DNA from: Actinomycetota bacterium | GTDB taxonomy: Bacteria; Actinomycetota; Geothermincolia; Geothermincolales; RBG-13-55-18 | Length of the DNA stretch: 64,000 nucleotides | Assembly: GCA_003598015.1 (NCBI GenBank) | Contig: QZKE01000079.1 | Span: 9,468 to 73,467, forward strand | Direction: 5' to 3' | Shown here: positions 56,191 through 64,000 of the stretch, piece by piece | How the letters are laid out: every line of letters begins with the position of its first letter | Numbering within the stretch: the stretch's first letter is position 1 | Made by a program: the position numbers and the translations under genes | Notes under the pieces: model-generated | What the model saw: only the letters and a program-made list of their open reading frames with translations | What the model was told of the DNA's origin: nothing | The model's database searches: none

Positions 56191-57675
56191 ATGAATGAAT
56201 TGAACCAGAGACTGCGGCAGATTTACGGCGCCATCGAGGACAGCGGGCTGTATATCAATCTCAACCACGACATACGTTTTCACGAGAAAAAGGAAGTGCC
56301 CCTCAACCTGAACGAGACGGAGAGCATCGTGCTGGCGGAGGAGAGCTACAACTCCCCGTTGCTCCTGGCCCTCCTCACCTCGGTGCTGCGCAATGGCACC
56401 ATGATCCTCTACGGCTCCCCGGGTTCGGGCAAGACCACCTCCGCCGAGTTCGTGGGGGCCTTCGTGCACGGTACCATTCTGGAGGAGACCTTCGGGGACG
56501 GCGCGGGCGACTTCAAGGTGATGGAGGCCATCCACGAGGCCACCATCCACGGCCATCACGAGCTCACCGAGGAGAAGATGATCGGCCGCCCGCACCTTGG
56601 CAAACTCATGCGGGACGGCGAGGAGGAGATCATCCCGCGCAAGTTCATGCTCTCCCCATTCCGCATGGTGGACGAGGTCAACCGCCTCACCCCCGGCCGC
56701 ACCAACAACCTGTTGGAGATGATGGACCGTGGTTTCTCCGTCTACGGGGATTCCAAGATCTACGCGGCCGAAGGCGCCACCTTCCTCACCGCCAATTTCC
56801 GGGACGTAGCCTCGTCGGACCTTACTCCTCCCTTCCTGGATCGTATAGACGTGGGGGTGTTCGCCCCCACCCTCAATCCATATTTCCTGGAGATGGCGCA
56901 GGGCGGGGAGGACCGTAAGCTCACCGGGAACGAGGAAGCCTACGTCGCCCACCTGCGCGACGAGATGAACGTAAGGTTGACCACCGAGGACTTCGAGAGC
57001 ATACGCGAACAGATCGCCGGCGTCCAGATCGAGCCCGACGCCCTCTACATCCTCTATAATTTCATCTCCGAGCTCAACGGCTGCACCCTGGCTTCTCCGG
57101 ACATCGAGCGCAAGAACAAGGGCTTCGCCTGGTTCGTCAAGCCGCCCATACTCTGCTCCCAGGTCGACGACGGCGGCGCGGCGGGGGGCGGCCACCTGGG
57201 GGGCTGCCATTACCATAACACCGAGAATATCTGCTACAAGACGGAGAACGAGGTGAGCGTGCGGGCGGGCAAGACCATCGAGCGCTACGCCAAGGCCCTG
57301 GCCTGGTTCCGCGACCGCGCACAGGCAGGGTTGGAGGAAGTTGAGGCGGTGGTCCCCTACGTGCTGTGGTTCAAGCTTATCCCCACCGACCGCGCCTGGT
57401 CGGAGCGCCCGGAGTTCATGAACGACCGCATCGCTCTGGTCCAGGACCTCTTCGCCACTTCACGCAACCATTATCTCAAGAGCCGCCGCATGATCAAGAC
57501 CCTCGACGGCGTCCTGGAGTTATACGAGCAGGCGGTGAAAAATCAGTCGGTCGATCCCGGGCTGGTGTTGGAGGCTTTGGAGTCCCTGAAGAGCTACGAT
57601 TCACCCGCCAAGTACCCCATCGCGACCATGCTGCGCCAGGTCTACCGGGAGATCGCGCGCGAGACCCAGGGGTGA
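56191..57675 (+). CDS. MoxR-like AAA+ ATPase, atypically long
   Basis: 494 aa. Walker A is LYGSPGSGKTT. The Walker B region reads FRMVDEVNRLTPGRTNNLLEMMD (MoxR-type DExNR), and sensor/Arg-finger region reads LTPPFLDRIDVG. A Cys/His-rich insertion (57151-57240) and a roughly 150-aa helical C-terminus are present. Confidence 0.7.
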   Translation: MNELNQRLRQIYGAIEDSGLYINLNHDIRFHEKKEVPLNLNETESIVLAEESYNSPLLLALLTSVLRNGTMILYGSPGSGKTTSAEFVGAFVHGTILEETFGDGAGDFKVMEAIHEATIHGHHELTEEKMIGRPHLGKLMRDGEEEIIPRKFMLSPFRMVDEVNRLTPGRTNNLLEMMDRGFSVYGDSKIYAAEGATFLTANFRDVASSDLTPPFLDRIDVGVFAPTLNPYFLEMAQGGEDRKLTGNEEAYVAHLRDEMNVRLTTEDFESIREQIAGVQIEPDALYILYNFISELNGCTLASPDIERKNKGFAWFVKPPILCSQVDDGGAAGGGHLGGCHYHNTENICYKTENEVSVRAGKTIERYAKALAWFRDRAQAGLEEVEAVVPYVLWFKLIPTDRAWSERPEFMNDRIALVQDLFATSRNHYLKSRRMIKTLDGVLELYEQAVKNQSVDPGLVLEALESLKSYDSPAKYPIATMLRQVYREIARETQG

Positions 57676-57682
57676 GGACGAA

Positions 57683-59272
57683 TTGCGCATCCAGGGCGTA
57701 GAACTCGACGATATCCTGGAAAGGGCACGGGCCTTCTGCAGCTACCCGCGCATCATGGACCCCGAGTTCGTGCTCAACCCCGCCGGCCACGAGCATGCCG
57801 CCAAGCTCAATGATGAGTTCGGCTTCTGGGAGCCCACGGAGAACCGCGTCTACATAAACGTCCCCGAGGTCATTGAGAAACTGGGCATCCAGAACCTGGA
57901 GGCGGTCGTCGTCTATCAGCTGCTGCATTACGCCCTGGCGCCCTTCGACATGCGCACTTCGCTACGCCTTACCGCCTCCGCCAAGCTCGCCCTGGAGGAG
58001 GTCAAGGACCGGGGGCGCACGGTCACCTTCCAGGAGGCCCTGTCCATACAGCGCCTCTTCTGCGACATGGTCGACGTGACCTACGCGGCGCGCAACGGCA
58101 TGCGCGAGCAGATGATCAGCCTCTACCATGCCCTGGATAAGGCCAAGGGCTGGAAGCAGAGCAAGATGTGGAAGTTCCTGCTCTGCTGCTTCGAGGAGAT
58201 GTGGGATGCCCAGGAGACGCTGGTGGGCAAGGTGCCCAGGGAGATGCGCGACGACGCCTGCCGCCTCGCCTCTCGCGTCCTGGATCGCCCCTTCGCCGCC
58301 GCGGGGTGGGAGGAGAAGGTACGCTTCCTCGTGGGCTATCTGCATAAGTATTACGAGGACCCCCAGGAGATGGACGACAGCCGCCTCATGGACCACGGCA
58401 TCGACGAGATGCGCGCGCGTTCGGCCGAAGAGGCGCTGCGCTCCCTGGCCATGGAGATGGGGATGCAGGACTTCAAGGAGCTGGTGGGGGGCATCGGGGC
58501 CGGCTCCGAGACCCAGGCCCTCGTCTGGTACTATCGCGACCTCTCCCGCCGTTACGAAGTGCGCTTCCAGCCGGTGCGCAGCGAGGCCGGCGAGGAGGTG
58601 CCCCACGCTCCCCTGGCCTGGGGCATGGCCGACCCCTTCGACCGCCTGGACCTCCCTTACACCCTGTATACCTGCGGCAAGGCGGTGCCTACCCTCACCA
58701 CCAAGCAGTGGGAGAAGGTGGAGATGGAGGTGGTAGCGCGGCGCAAAACGCCCCCGGACGTCATCATCATCCTGGACGCGTCCGGTTCCATGACCAATCC
58801 CACCGCCGAGGTGGCCAACGCCGTCCTGGCGGGGTTCGTGATGGCCCGCAGCGCCGGCAACCTGGGGGCCAAGGTGGGCCTGGTGGTCTACTCAGACCAG
58901 CAGCGCTCCCTGGTGGTGAAACCGGTGTGGGATCTCCACCAGGTGGAGGAGGGGCTGGTGACCTATTACGGGGGCGGCACCGTCTTCCCCGTGCAGGAGT
59001 TCCGCTTTATCGCGGGGCTGGAGACCCACCGCCCCAAGCATTTCTGTCTCATCTCGGATACCGAGATCACCAACATCGCCGAGGCCTCCTTCCACCTGGG
59101 CGAGGCGCTGCAGATGCACCCGGAGAACTCCGGCTCCGTCTTCCTCATAGACCAGGCTTACAATGACAAGGCGGAGGCTATCCGTGAGGCGGGCTACGAC
59201 ATATTCCCGGTTTCGCGTGGACAGGACCTGGTGCGCATCGTCGCCGGCAAGGCCCAGGAATTGTACGCTTAG
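57683..59272 (+). CDS. VWA-domain protein (C-terminal MIDAS), partner of the AAA+ ATPase
   Basis: 529 aa. TTG start 8 nt after the ATPase stop, with a GGTGAGGA RBS. The C-terminal VWA domain carries the DxSxS MIDAS motif in VIIILDASGSMTNP. The N-terminal ~380 aa are helical and unassigned. Confidence 0.7.
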   Translation: MRIQGVELDDILERARAFCSYPRIMDPEFVLNPAGHEHAAKLNDEFGFWEPTENRVYINVPEVIEKLGIQNLEAVVVYQLLHYALAPFDMRTSLRLTASAKLALEEVKDRGRTVTFQEALSIQRLFCDMVDVTYAARNGMREQMISLYHALDKAKGWKQSKMWKFLLCCFEEMWDAQETLVGKVPREMRDDACRLASRVLDRPFAAAGWEEKVRFLVGYLHKYYEDPQEMDDSRLMDHGIDEMRARSAEEALRSLAMEMGMQDFKELVGGIGAGSETQALVWYYRDLSRRYEVRFQPVRSEAGEEVPHAPLAWGMADPFDRLDLPYTLYTCGKAVPTLTTKQWEKVEMEVVARRKTPPDVIIILDASGSMTNPTAEVANAVLAGFVMARSAGNLGAKVGLVVYSDQQRSLVVKPVWDLHQVEEGLVTYYGGGTVFPVQEFRFIAGLETHRPKHFCLISDTEITNIAEASFHLGEALQMHPENSGSVFLIDQAYNDKAEAIREAGYDIFPVSRGQDLVRIVAGKAQELYA

Positions 59273-59280
59273 CGGAAGAG

Positions 59281-59600
59281 ACATTACGAGTTGAGTGAAG
59301 GTAGTGAGCGGAGCGTGGCGATCCCGCCAACGGGAACGAAGAAACAGTTGCACGGTCCACCCTCTTACCGTCATCGCGAGTGGAGCGAGGGTAGTGCGCG
59401 ACCTGGCTGTCATGGCAAGACGCGCGTGGGTAATGCGCGACCTGGCTGTCACGGCGAGGAACCCCCGCCATGTCATGGCGAGGAACTCCCGCCATGTCAT
59501 TGCGAGGAACGAAGTGACGAAGCAATCTCTATGTGCCCGCTCCGCCTACAGGGGCTCGTCGTCGCGTCGCAATGCCTTATTCATCGCTCCCGAGGGTGAT
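59281..59600. repeat. cluster of degenerate GTCATYGCGAGG-type short repeats
   Basis: There are at least six forward copies (CATTACGAG, GTCATCGCGAG, GTCATGGCAAG, GTCACGGCGAGG, GTCATGGCGAGG, GTCATTGCGAGG). The last extends to GTCATTGCGAGGAACGAAGTGACGAAGCAATCTC (59496-59529), matching 14654-14687 at 29/34 positions. Local duplications are ACCTGGCTGTCA x2 and CCCGCCATGTCAT x2. Confidence 0.7.
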
Positions 59601-59605
59601 CACGC

Positions 59606-60451
59606 ATGAAACTCCCGAAGCATATTTTTAAGGACAGCTCGGAATCCCTCAAAGAGATCCTCGAGACGAACCGCCAGGAGGAAGAGGCGCGCAGGGCACG
59701 CTTCAAGGACTTCGCCCTGTCCGATTTCTTTCTCAACCTGCGTTCGCGCGACAAGCTCACCAAGGCACGGGTGCGCCGGGCCCTGCCCGCCCGCGACGAC
59801 GGCGAAGTCGTAGACCTTGCAGAGAGGCTCATGAACGAGGCCTCCTCCGATTACCTGCAGCTGCGCATGCAGTGGCAGCGTGAAGCCGTGGGCTATCTGA
59901 CCAGCCTCGGGGCGGAAGCCTTCTCGCGCCAGGGTGGCGGCGAATGGGAGATACCTGACGGACTCGACTACGTGGGCATGCAGGCGGAGGGAACGCCGGA
60001 AAGATGGCTGGAGATCGGGGCCAGACGCATCGGCAATTTTGCCGGGCTGAAATCCAAATATCTCATGATCAAGGCGGAGACGGTGGGCGACTACTGTTTC
60101 CGTCGCGCACGTTGCTGCCGGGTAGAGGCGGAGATGGCGGGCAAATGCCTGGGGGAGGAGGGAGAAGAGCTGAGACTGCAGGTGCGGGAGGCGGGCGATT
60201 GGCTTATGCTCAAGTCGAAGCGCTGCTTCGTGGATGCCCGCAAGGTGGGGCGCCTGGCCGGCCTCGACTCCCATAACCTGGAGATGCACGTTCATTCCGC
60301 CGGAGCCGAGCTGGGGGCACGCGCCCGCGACGCGGTCATCTACGTCTACCGCGAGGCCAAAAGCCTGGGGCTGCGCGGAAGCGGCGTGGTGTACATGCGC
60401 CACGGCACCCCCCCCTGGCGCACCTCTTTCCGCGTCGAGAAGATCCCTTAA
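59606..60451 (+). CDS. hypothetical protein
   Basis: 281 aa with a GAGGGTGA RBS. It is charged and helical N-terminally, with scattered Cys (CFRRARCC, KCLG, RCF). I recognise no family. The 535-aa antisense ORF 59600..61207 is a shadow frame. Confidence 0.5.
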   Translation: MKLPKHIFKDSSESLKEILETNRQEEEARRARFKDFALSDFFLNLRSRDKLTKARVRRALPARDDGEVVDLAERLMNEASSDYLQLRMQWQREAVGYLTSLGAEAFSRQGGGEWEIPDGLDYVGMQAEGTPERWLEIGARRIGNFAGLKSKYLMIKAETVGDYCFRRARCCRVEAEMAGKCLGEEGEELRLQVREAGDWLMLKSKRCFVDARKVGRLAGLDSHNLEMHVHSAGAELGARARDAVIYVYREAKSLGLRGSGVVYMRHGTPPWRTSFRVEKIP

Positions 60452-61290
60452 AAGGCCACCGGGGCGAAGGTGTCGCGCCGCCAGCGGTGGGGCAGGTCGA
60501 TGATGGTACCCGGCTCTGTGATAGTATCCAACGCCGCGAACATCTCTTTCAGGATGGCTCGCTGCTGATCCACGTTGCCGGGCTCCCCCAGAGGGGCGCC
60601 GTAGGGGTAGCGCAGGTAGAGCGTGCGTGGGGCGCCGATCTTCTCCGAGAGCTCGCGGTTGAGGGATAAAGACACGGTGCTGATGCCGTGGGATTCCACC
60701 ACGCGGGCGATCAGGCTCACGGCCCGGTTGCACATGGGTCAGCCCGGGGTGAGGAGGACAACGTCGACACCGTCCTCCTGCAACCGGCGGGCGATCTCGT
60801 GGGCGGAGCCCGAATCGGCTGCGACCAGCTCCTTCACGTGGAGGTCGAACCCGAAGCAGAAATGGTCCGCCCCAACCGAGCCGATCGCGCCTTCCTCCGC
60901 CAGCTCGCGCAGCCTCTCGATGGGGAAGATGACATTGATGTCGGCCTCCGCCCGGTCGTGTGGGAAGTGGGTATGGGAGATGCGCAGGCAATCGACGTTC
61001 ACGCCGGAGGGCACGGCACGGTAGCTGGAATCGCCCAGGGCGGAGGCGGTGTCGAACGGATCCTGGTCGTCGAGGTGCACCCCGGTTGTGGTGATCAGGC
61101 TCACCCTGCACTCCGGCAGCGCTTTCTCCAGCGGCATGAAGGGAAGCGGATCCTCGCTTCTCCCGGCCGCCAGGGGCCGCATGGCCTTCTCCACCAGCCT
61201 GCGGCATGAGCTCTGGAACCTCCTGCCGGTGGGGGAGTTGGTCATCTTCCCGAAGAGCCGCCAGATATCGAGCCTCTCGAACAAGCCCAT
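60448..61290 (-). CDS. GrdB/PrdB-family (glycine/sarcosine/betaine/proline reductase B-like) selenoprotein, read through an in-frame UGA
   Basis: Listed ORFs 60739..61290 and 60448..60735 are in the same frame. They are separated only by TGA (60741-60739) and one Pro codon: ...VDVVLLTPG-U-PMCNRAVSLIARV..., giving a UxxC redox motif. A 6-bp stem (60723-60718 / 60690-60685) lies 15 nt downstream of the UGA. Confidence 0.65.
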
Positions 61291-61303
61291 GGATATCCTC
61301 CTC

Positions 61304-62548
61304 TCATGCCCGGGGTGAGAAGATCACGCGCCCGCCCTCACGCCGGCTCGTCGCGCCCGCTTCCTTGAGGACCACGGCCACCAGCACGTCGAGGCGTCCG
61401 GGTATGCGCTGGAAGCGCATGGCTTTTCTCAGGTTCACGGCCGCGTCGTCGACGGCGCGGAGTTCCTCGGTGATCTCCGGTATGGTGGCTTCCCCCATGC
61501 GCGCGTGGACGTCCAGGATGTCATCCCGCAGGCGGGAGTAGAAATCCTCGAAGGCCCGGAAGAACCGTATGCATTCCTCCCGGCCGCGCGCGACGTCCGT
61601 CATCTCTATCTCGTCGAAGGGCGTCAGCCTCAGGGTGCGCATGACGTCGGGGAAGAAGGTGGTGCTGCGGTGGGAATCGGTGGCCAGCTCTATGTAACCC
61701 TCCTCCGCCATGCGGCGGAACTGCCCGCAGGTGCTTATGCATCTCTCGAGCGAGGAATAGTAGAAGGCGGGATTTATCTCCACCGTCACGTCCCCGGACA
61801 GGAGCAGCTTGTTCTCGGGATCGTAGAGGGAGATGTGGCCGGGGGTGTGGGAGGCGTCGTGGATGGCGAAGAAGCGCCCCACCTCCCATCCCTCCAGCTC
61901 CACCTGTCCGAACCGGCGCTTTACCCTGGCCGCACTGGGCAGGATGGTCGCCCTGTCCGAGAGGTTGCGTATGCCCAGGAACATCAGCCTGAAATTCGCC
62001 TGCAGTATGGAACGCGCCAATCCGACCGAGATCCGCGAGGCCAGGTTTACCGGGGCAGTGATGCCGCCCAAATCGAACTGGGCGTATATGTCATAGAGCT
62101 GCTCCAGGTCGCGAAAGTCCGCCATCCAGTCCGCGAGATAATCCAGCACCCTGACCTCGGGCTCCTGCAGCAGGAAGCGCCAGTCCATCCCGCTCTCGAG
62201 GATCACGTCGTTGTTGGATGCGTGGTCGAAGTGGCCCTGGGTCAGCATGAGGTCCACGCGCTTGACACCGTCCGCGCGGTAACGGCGCATAAGCTCCAGC
62301 ATGCGCTCCCGGTAGAAGGGGTAGGTGCCGCTGTCGAGCATCAGCAGCGCATCGCCGTCCCGCAAGAGGAAGACGTTGGACGAGGCCGGTTTGATCAGGA
62401 AGTAGTCGCTGATATAACCTTCCAGCATCCATACGTCGGGAGCGATCTCGCGTGTGAAGGAACGCCGCAGCTCTTTCTCCTGTCCTGGAATAGTGAGTCT
62501 GTAGGACATATCAACCCTCCCTGTTACGCCCCGGGGAAACAGGATCAC
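61304..62548 (-). CDS. MBL-fold hydrolase-like protein
   Basis: 414 aa with a variant metal motif LTQGHFDHASNND and a later DASHTPGH. Its stop lies 14 nt before the selenoprotein start. Confidence 0.6.
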   Translation of the reverse strand: MILFPRGVTGRVDMSYRLTIPGQEKELRRSFTREIAPDVWMLEGYISDYFLIKPASSNVFLLRDGDALLMLDSGTYPFYRERMLELMRRYRADGVKRVDLMLTQGHFDHASNNDVILESGMDWRFLLQEPEVRVLDYLADWMADFRDLEQLYDIYAQFDLGGITAPVNLASRISVGLARSILQANFRLMFLGIRNLSDRATILPSAARVKRRFGQVELEGWEVGRFFAIHDASHTPGHISLYDPENKLLLSGDVTVEINPAFYYSSLERCISTCGQFRRMAEEGYIELATDSHRSTTFFPDVMRTLRLTPFDEIEMTDVARGREECIRFFRAFEDFYSRLRDDILDVHARMGEATIPEITEELRAVDDAAVNLRKAMRFQRIPGRLDVLVAVVLKEAGATSRREGGRVIFSPRA

Positions 62549-62564
62549 TCACGCTGGCCTGTTC

Positions 62565-63239
62565 CTACCGCGGATTCAAACCGTCGATCAATATCTTCAG
62601 AAGAGTCTCTCCCGCCTGTTCCAGGTCGAACCTGCCGTCCAACAGGCACCACTCGAAGACGATGCCCCTGATCGCGCGCACGAGGGCCAGGGTGATCTCC
62701 TCGCTCGAGAGGTCGCTGCGCAGCTCCCCGCGTTTCTGCGCCTCCCGCACCAGGCGCAGCGCGACTTTGTACGAGGCCCGCGCCTTCGCGGCCAGGGGAG
62801 AAGGTCCCCGGCCGGGTGCGATCTGGCTGGAGAAGGCTACCTTGAGATAGTCCTTGCCCAGGCCGGCGAGGTGCCGCAGCGAATATCTGCCCAGGGCGAT
62901 CAATCGCTCGACGCCGGATGCGATCTTTGCGATCTCCCCGAGGGAATCCAGATAGAAGCGGTCGAGCTCCAGGAATTCCTCCACCAACACCTGGTCCTTG
63001 GATTTGAAATGCACGTAGAAGGTACCCTTGGAGACGCCCGCCTCGCGGCAGATATCATCCACAGATACGTGGTCGTAGCCCCTGCTGGAGTAGAGTTGCA
63101 GCGCCGTTTCCGCCAGCCTGCGGCGGGTCTCCTCGGCTTGCTGCTTACGTGAGAGCCTCTCGCCAAGTACGCTAGGATGTACCTTTACACTGGTGCCGGG
63201 ATCCGATTGCGCCCCCCGCTGGCTAGACCTGGCTTCCAT
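62565..63239 (-). CDS. TetR-family transcriptional regulator
   Basis: 224 aa. The HTH reads RRRLAETALQLYSSRGYDHVSVDDICREAGVSKGTFYVHFKSKDQVL. Confidence 0.9.
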   Translation of the reverse strand: MEARSSQRGAQSDPGTSVKVHPSVLGERLSRKQQAEETRRRLAETALQLYSSRGYDHVSVDDICREAGVSKGTFYVHFKSKDQVLVEEFLELDRFYLDSLGEIAKIASGVERLIALGRYSLRHLAGLGKDYLKVAFSSQIAPGRGPSPLAAKARASYKVALRLVREAQKRGELRSDLSSEEITLALVRAIRGIVFEWCLLDGRFDLEQAGETLLKILIDGLNPR

Positions 63240-63264
63240 GGCACCCCCCTTAGGGAGCTGTTAT

Positions 63265-63289
63265 TGACTACAGTCAGTGACTACAGTCA
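63265..63289. promoter_or_regulatory. tandem palindromic operator candidates
   Basis: TGACTACAGTCA (63265-63276) and an identical copy (63278-63289), each a 5+5 palindrome. They lie 26-50 nt upstream of the TetR ATG and are followed by TATAAC. Confidence 0.55.
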
Positions 63290-63440
63290 TTATAACATTG
63301 TGGCCTGAGAACTCAAACTCGATTCTGGCAGTAAGGCATGAAGGTTCTTCCCCGAAAGGTGTGGGTGGTTGATTTTTCTGAAGATGCCGGAGAGCTCCCC
63401 CCTCATCTCCTATATGGAGTCATGGTTTCAAGAATGTGGA

Positions 63441-64000
63441 TTATATCGCGGCGTGCTCTTTCAGGAACACGATGGACTCGCGCATAGCCACGCGCGAGGA
63501 CTTGAAGAAGTAGAAGTTCAGGAAGCCGTGGTTCACGTAGGGAAATTCCGGCTTCGTGAAATAGAGGTCCCGGTGCTGTACGCCCAGCTCGCCGAGGGCA
63601 AGCGAGAAAGCGCGCGACTCGGGCAGTAGGGGATCGCTCCCTCCACAGGTGATGAAGGCGGGGGGGTAGCCGGCGGTGATATGGCGCAGCGGAGAAGTTA
63701 TATCGGCCTTCATCCTGCATGCTTCCGCATCTTCCCCGAAGCAAGCCCGGTAGAAAACCTTTATGAAAGGAAACCCGGTGCCGAGCATGGCGTCCATGTC
63801 GTAGGCCCCGTAGAAAAGGAGAAGACCCCGCAGGGACTCCGCCGGGATCATCTCGCGGATGCCGGTGGCCTCCGGCAGAGCATCGTCTCCCGCTGCCGCC
63901 GCGTACCATGACGCCAGGTGCGACCCAGCGGAGTCCCCGGCCAGGAATATCCTGGAAGGATCGCCCCCGTATGCGGAGCAGTTGTGGTAAACCCAGCGGA
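63441..64000 (-). CDS. alpha/beta-hydrolase fold-3 (HSL-like) esterase, N-terminus off window
   Basis: My translation of the frame up to the window edge reads ...RWVYHNCSAYGGDPSRIFLAGDSAGSHLA... (GDSAG nucleophile). It continues into the listed 136-aa ORF, which contains ...GGSDPLL... and ...NHGF. Confidence 0.75.
   Translation of the reverse strand, partial: RWVYHNCSAYGGDPSRIFLAGDSAGSHLASWYAAAAGDDALPEATGIREMIPAESLRGLLLFYGAYDMDAMLGTGFPFIKVFYRACFGEDAEACRMKADITSPLRHITAGYPPAFITCGGSDPLLPESRAFSLALGELGVQHRDLYFTKPEFPYVNHGFLNFYFFKSSRVAMRESIVFLKEHAAI

Noticed and set aside
59281-59600. Possible CRISPR array.
   Set aside because: The repeats are degenerate (9-34 nt) and irregularly spaced, and they abut one another without unique spacers. 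No cas genes are in the window.
59600-61207. 535-aa minus-strand ORF spanning the hypothetical gene and part of the selenoprotein locus.
   Set aside because: Its composition is Arg/Gly/Pro/Ala/His-rich and of low complexity, with no motifs. It is antisense to a plus-strand ORF that has an RBS, and it runs out of frame across the GrdB-like gene. This is a typical high-GC shadow ORF.

Overview
64-kb, densely coding window from a high-GC bacterial chromosome. The lineage cannot be assigned from sequence alone. GGAGG-type ribosome-binding sites, many lipobox lipoproteins, an HdrD/GlpC-type CCG protein and a UGA-encoded selenoprotein suggest an anaerobe. I can support about 57 protein genes. I saw no rRNA, tRNA or CRISPR array by eye. 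Left part (1-17.8 kb): a partial radical-SAM gene, a fadA-fadB beta-oxidation pair, an MBL hydrolase, a tandemly duplicated zinc-ribbon membrane gene, a DAGK-type lipid kinase, a glycogen-debranching-type glucosidase with a GT4 glycosyltransferase, a geranylgeranyl-reductase-like flavoprotein and an amidohydrolase. Middle (17.9-21.5 kb): a CsoR-family repressor and a perfect palindromic operator precede a 998-aa FAD/Fe-S/CCG oxidoreductase that ends in a periodic Met-rich tail. A visibly lower-GC accessory island follows (21.5-27.7 kb). It holds HepT/MntA and AbrB/RelE toxin-antitoxin pairs, a C45-type lipoprotein, three DUF2769-like Cys-rich modules (one fused to a PQQ-type beta-propeller), a decayed rubredoxin and a family of short interspersed repeats. 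Right part: orphan 2-oxoacid dehydrogenase E1 alpha/beta genes; two very large IPT/TIG lipoproteins bracketing an lgt gene; a NarL-type two-component system; three TetR-controlled loci; a five-gene operon with two saccharopine-dehydrogenase-like genes and a C45 hydrolase; a MoxR-like AAA+/VWA pair with an unknown third gene; and a GrdB-family selenoprotein read through an in-frame UGA (UxxC). Non-coding oddities are a 125-bp element with perfect 28-bp inverted repeats and two clusters of GTCATYGCGAGG-type repeats. Many long ORFs in the supplied track are antisense shadow frames typical of high-GC DNA, and I did not call them. All domain calls come from motif reading by eye, not from searches.
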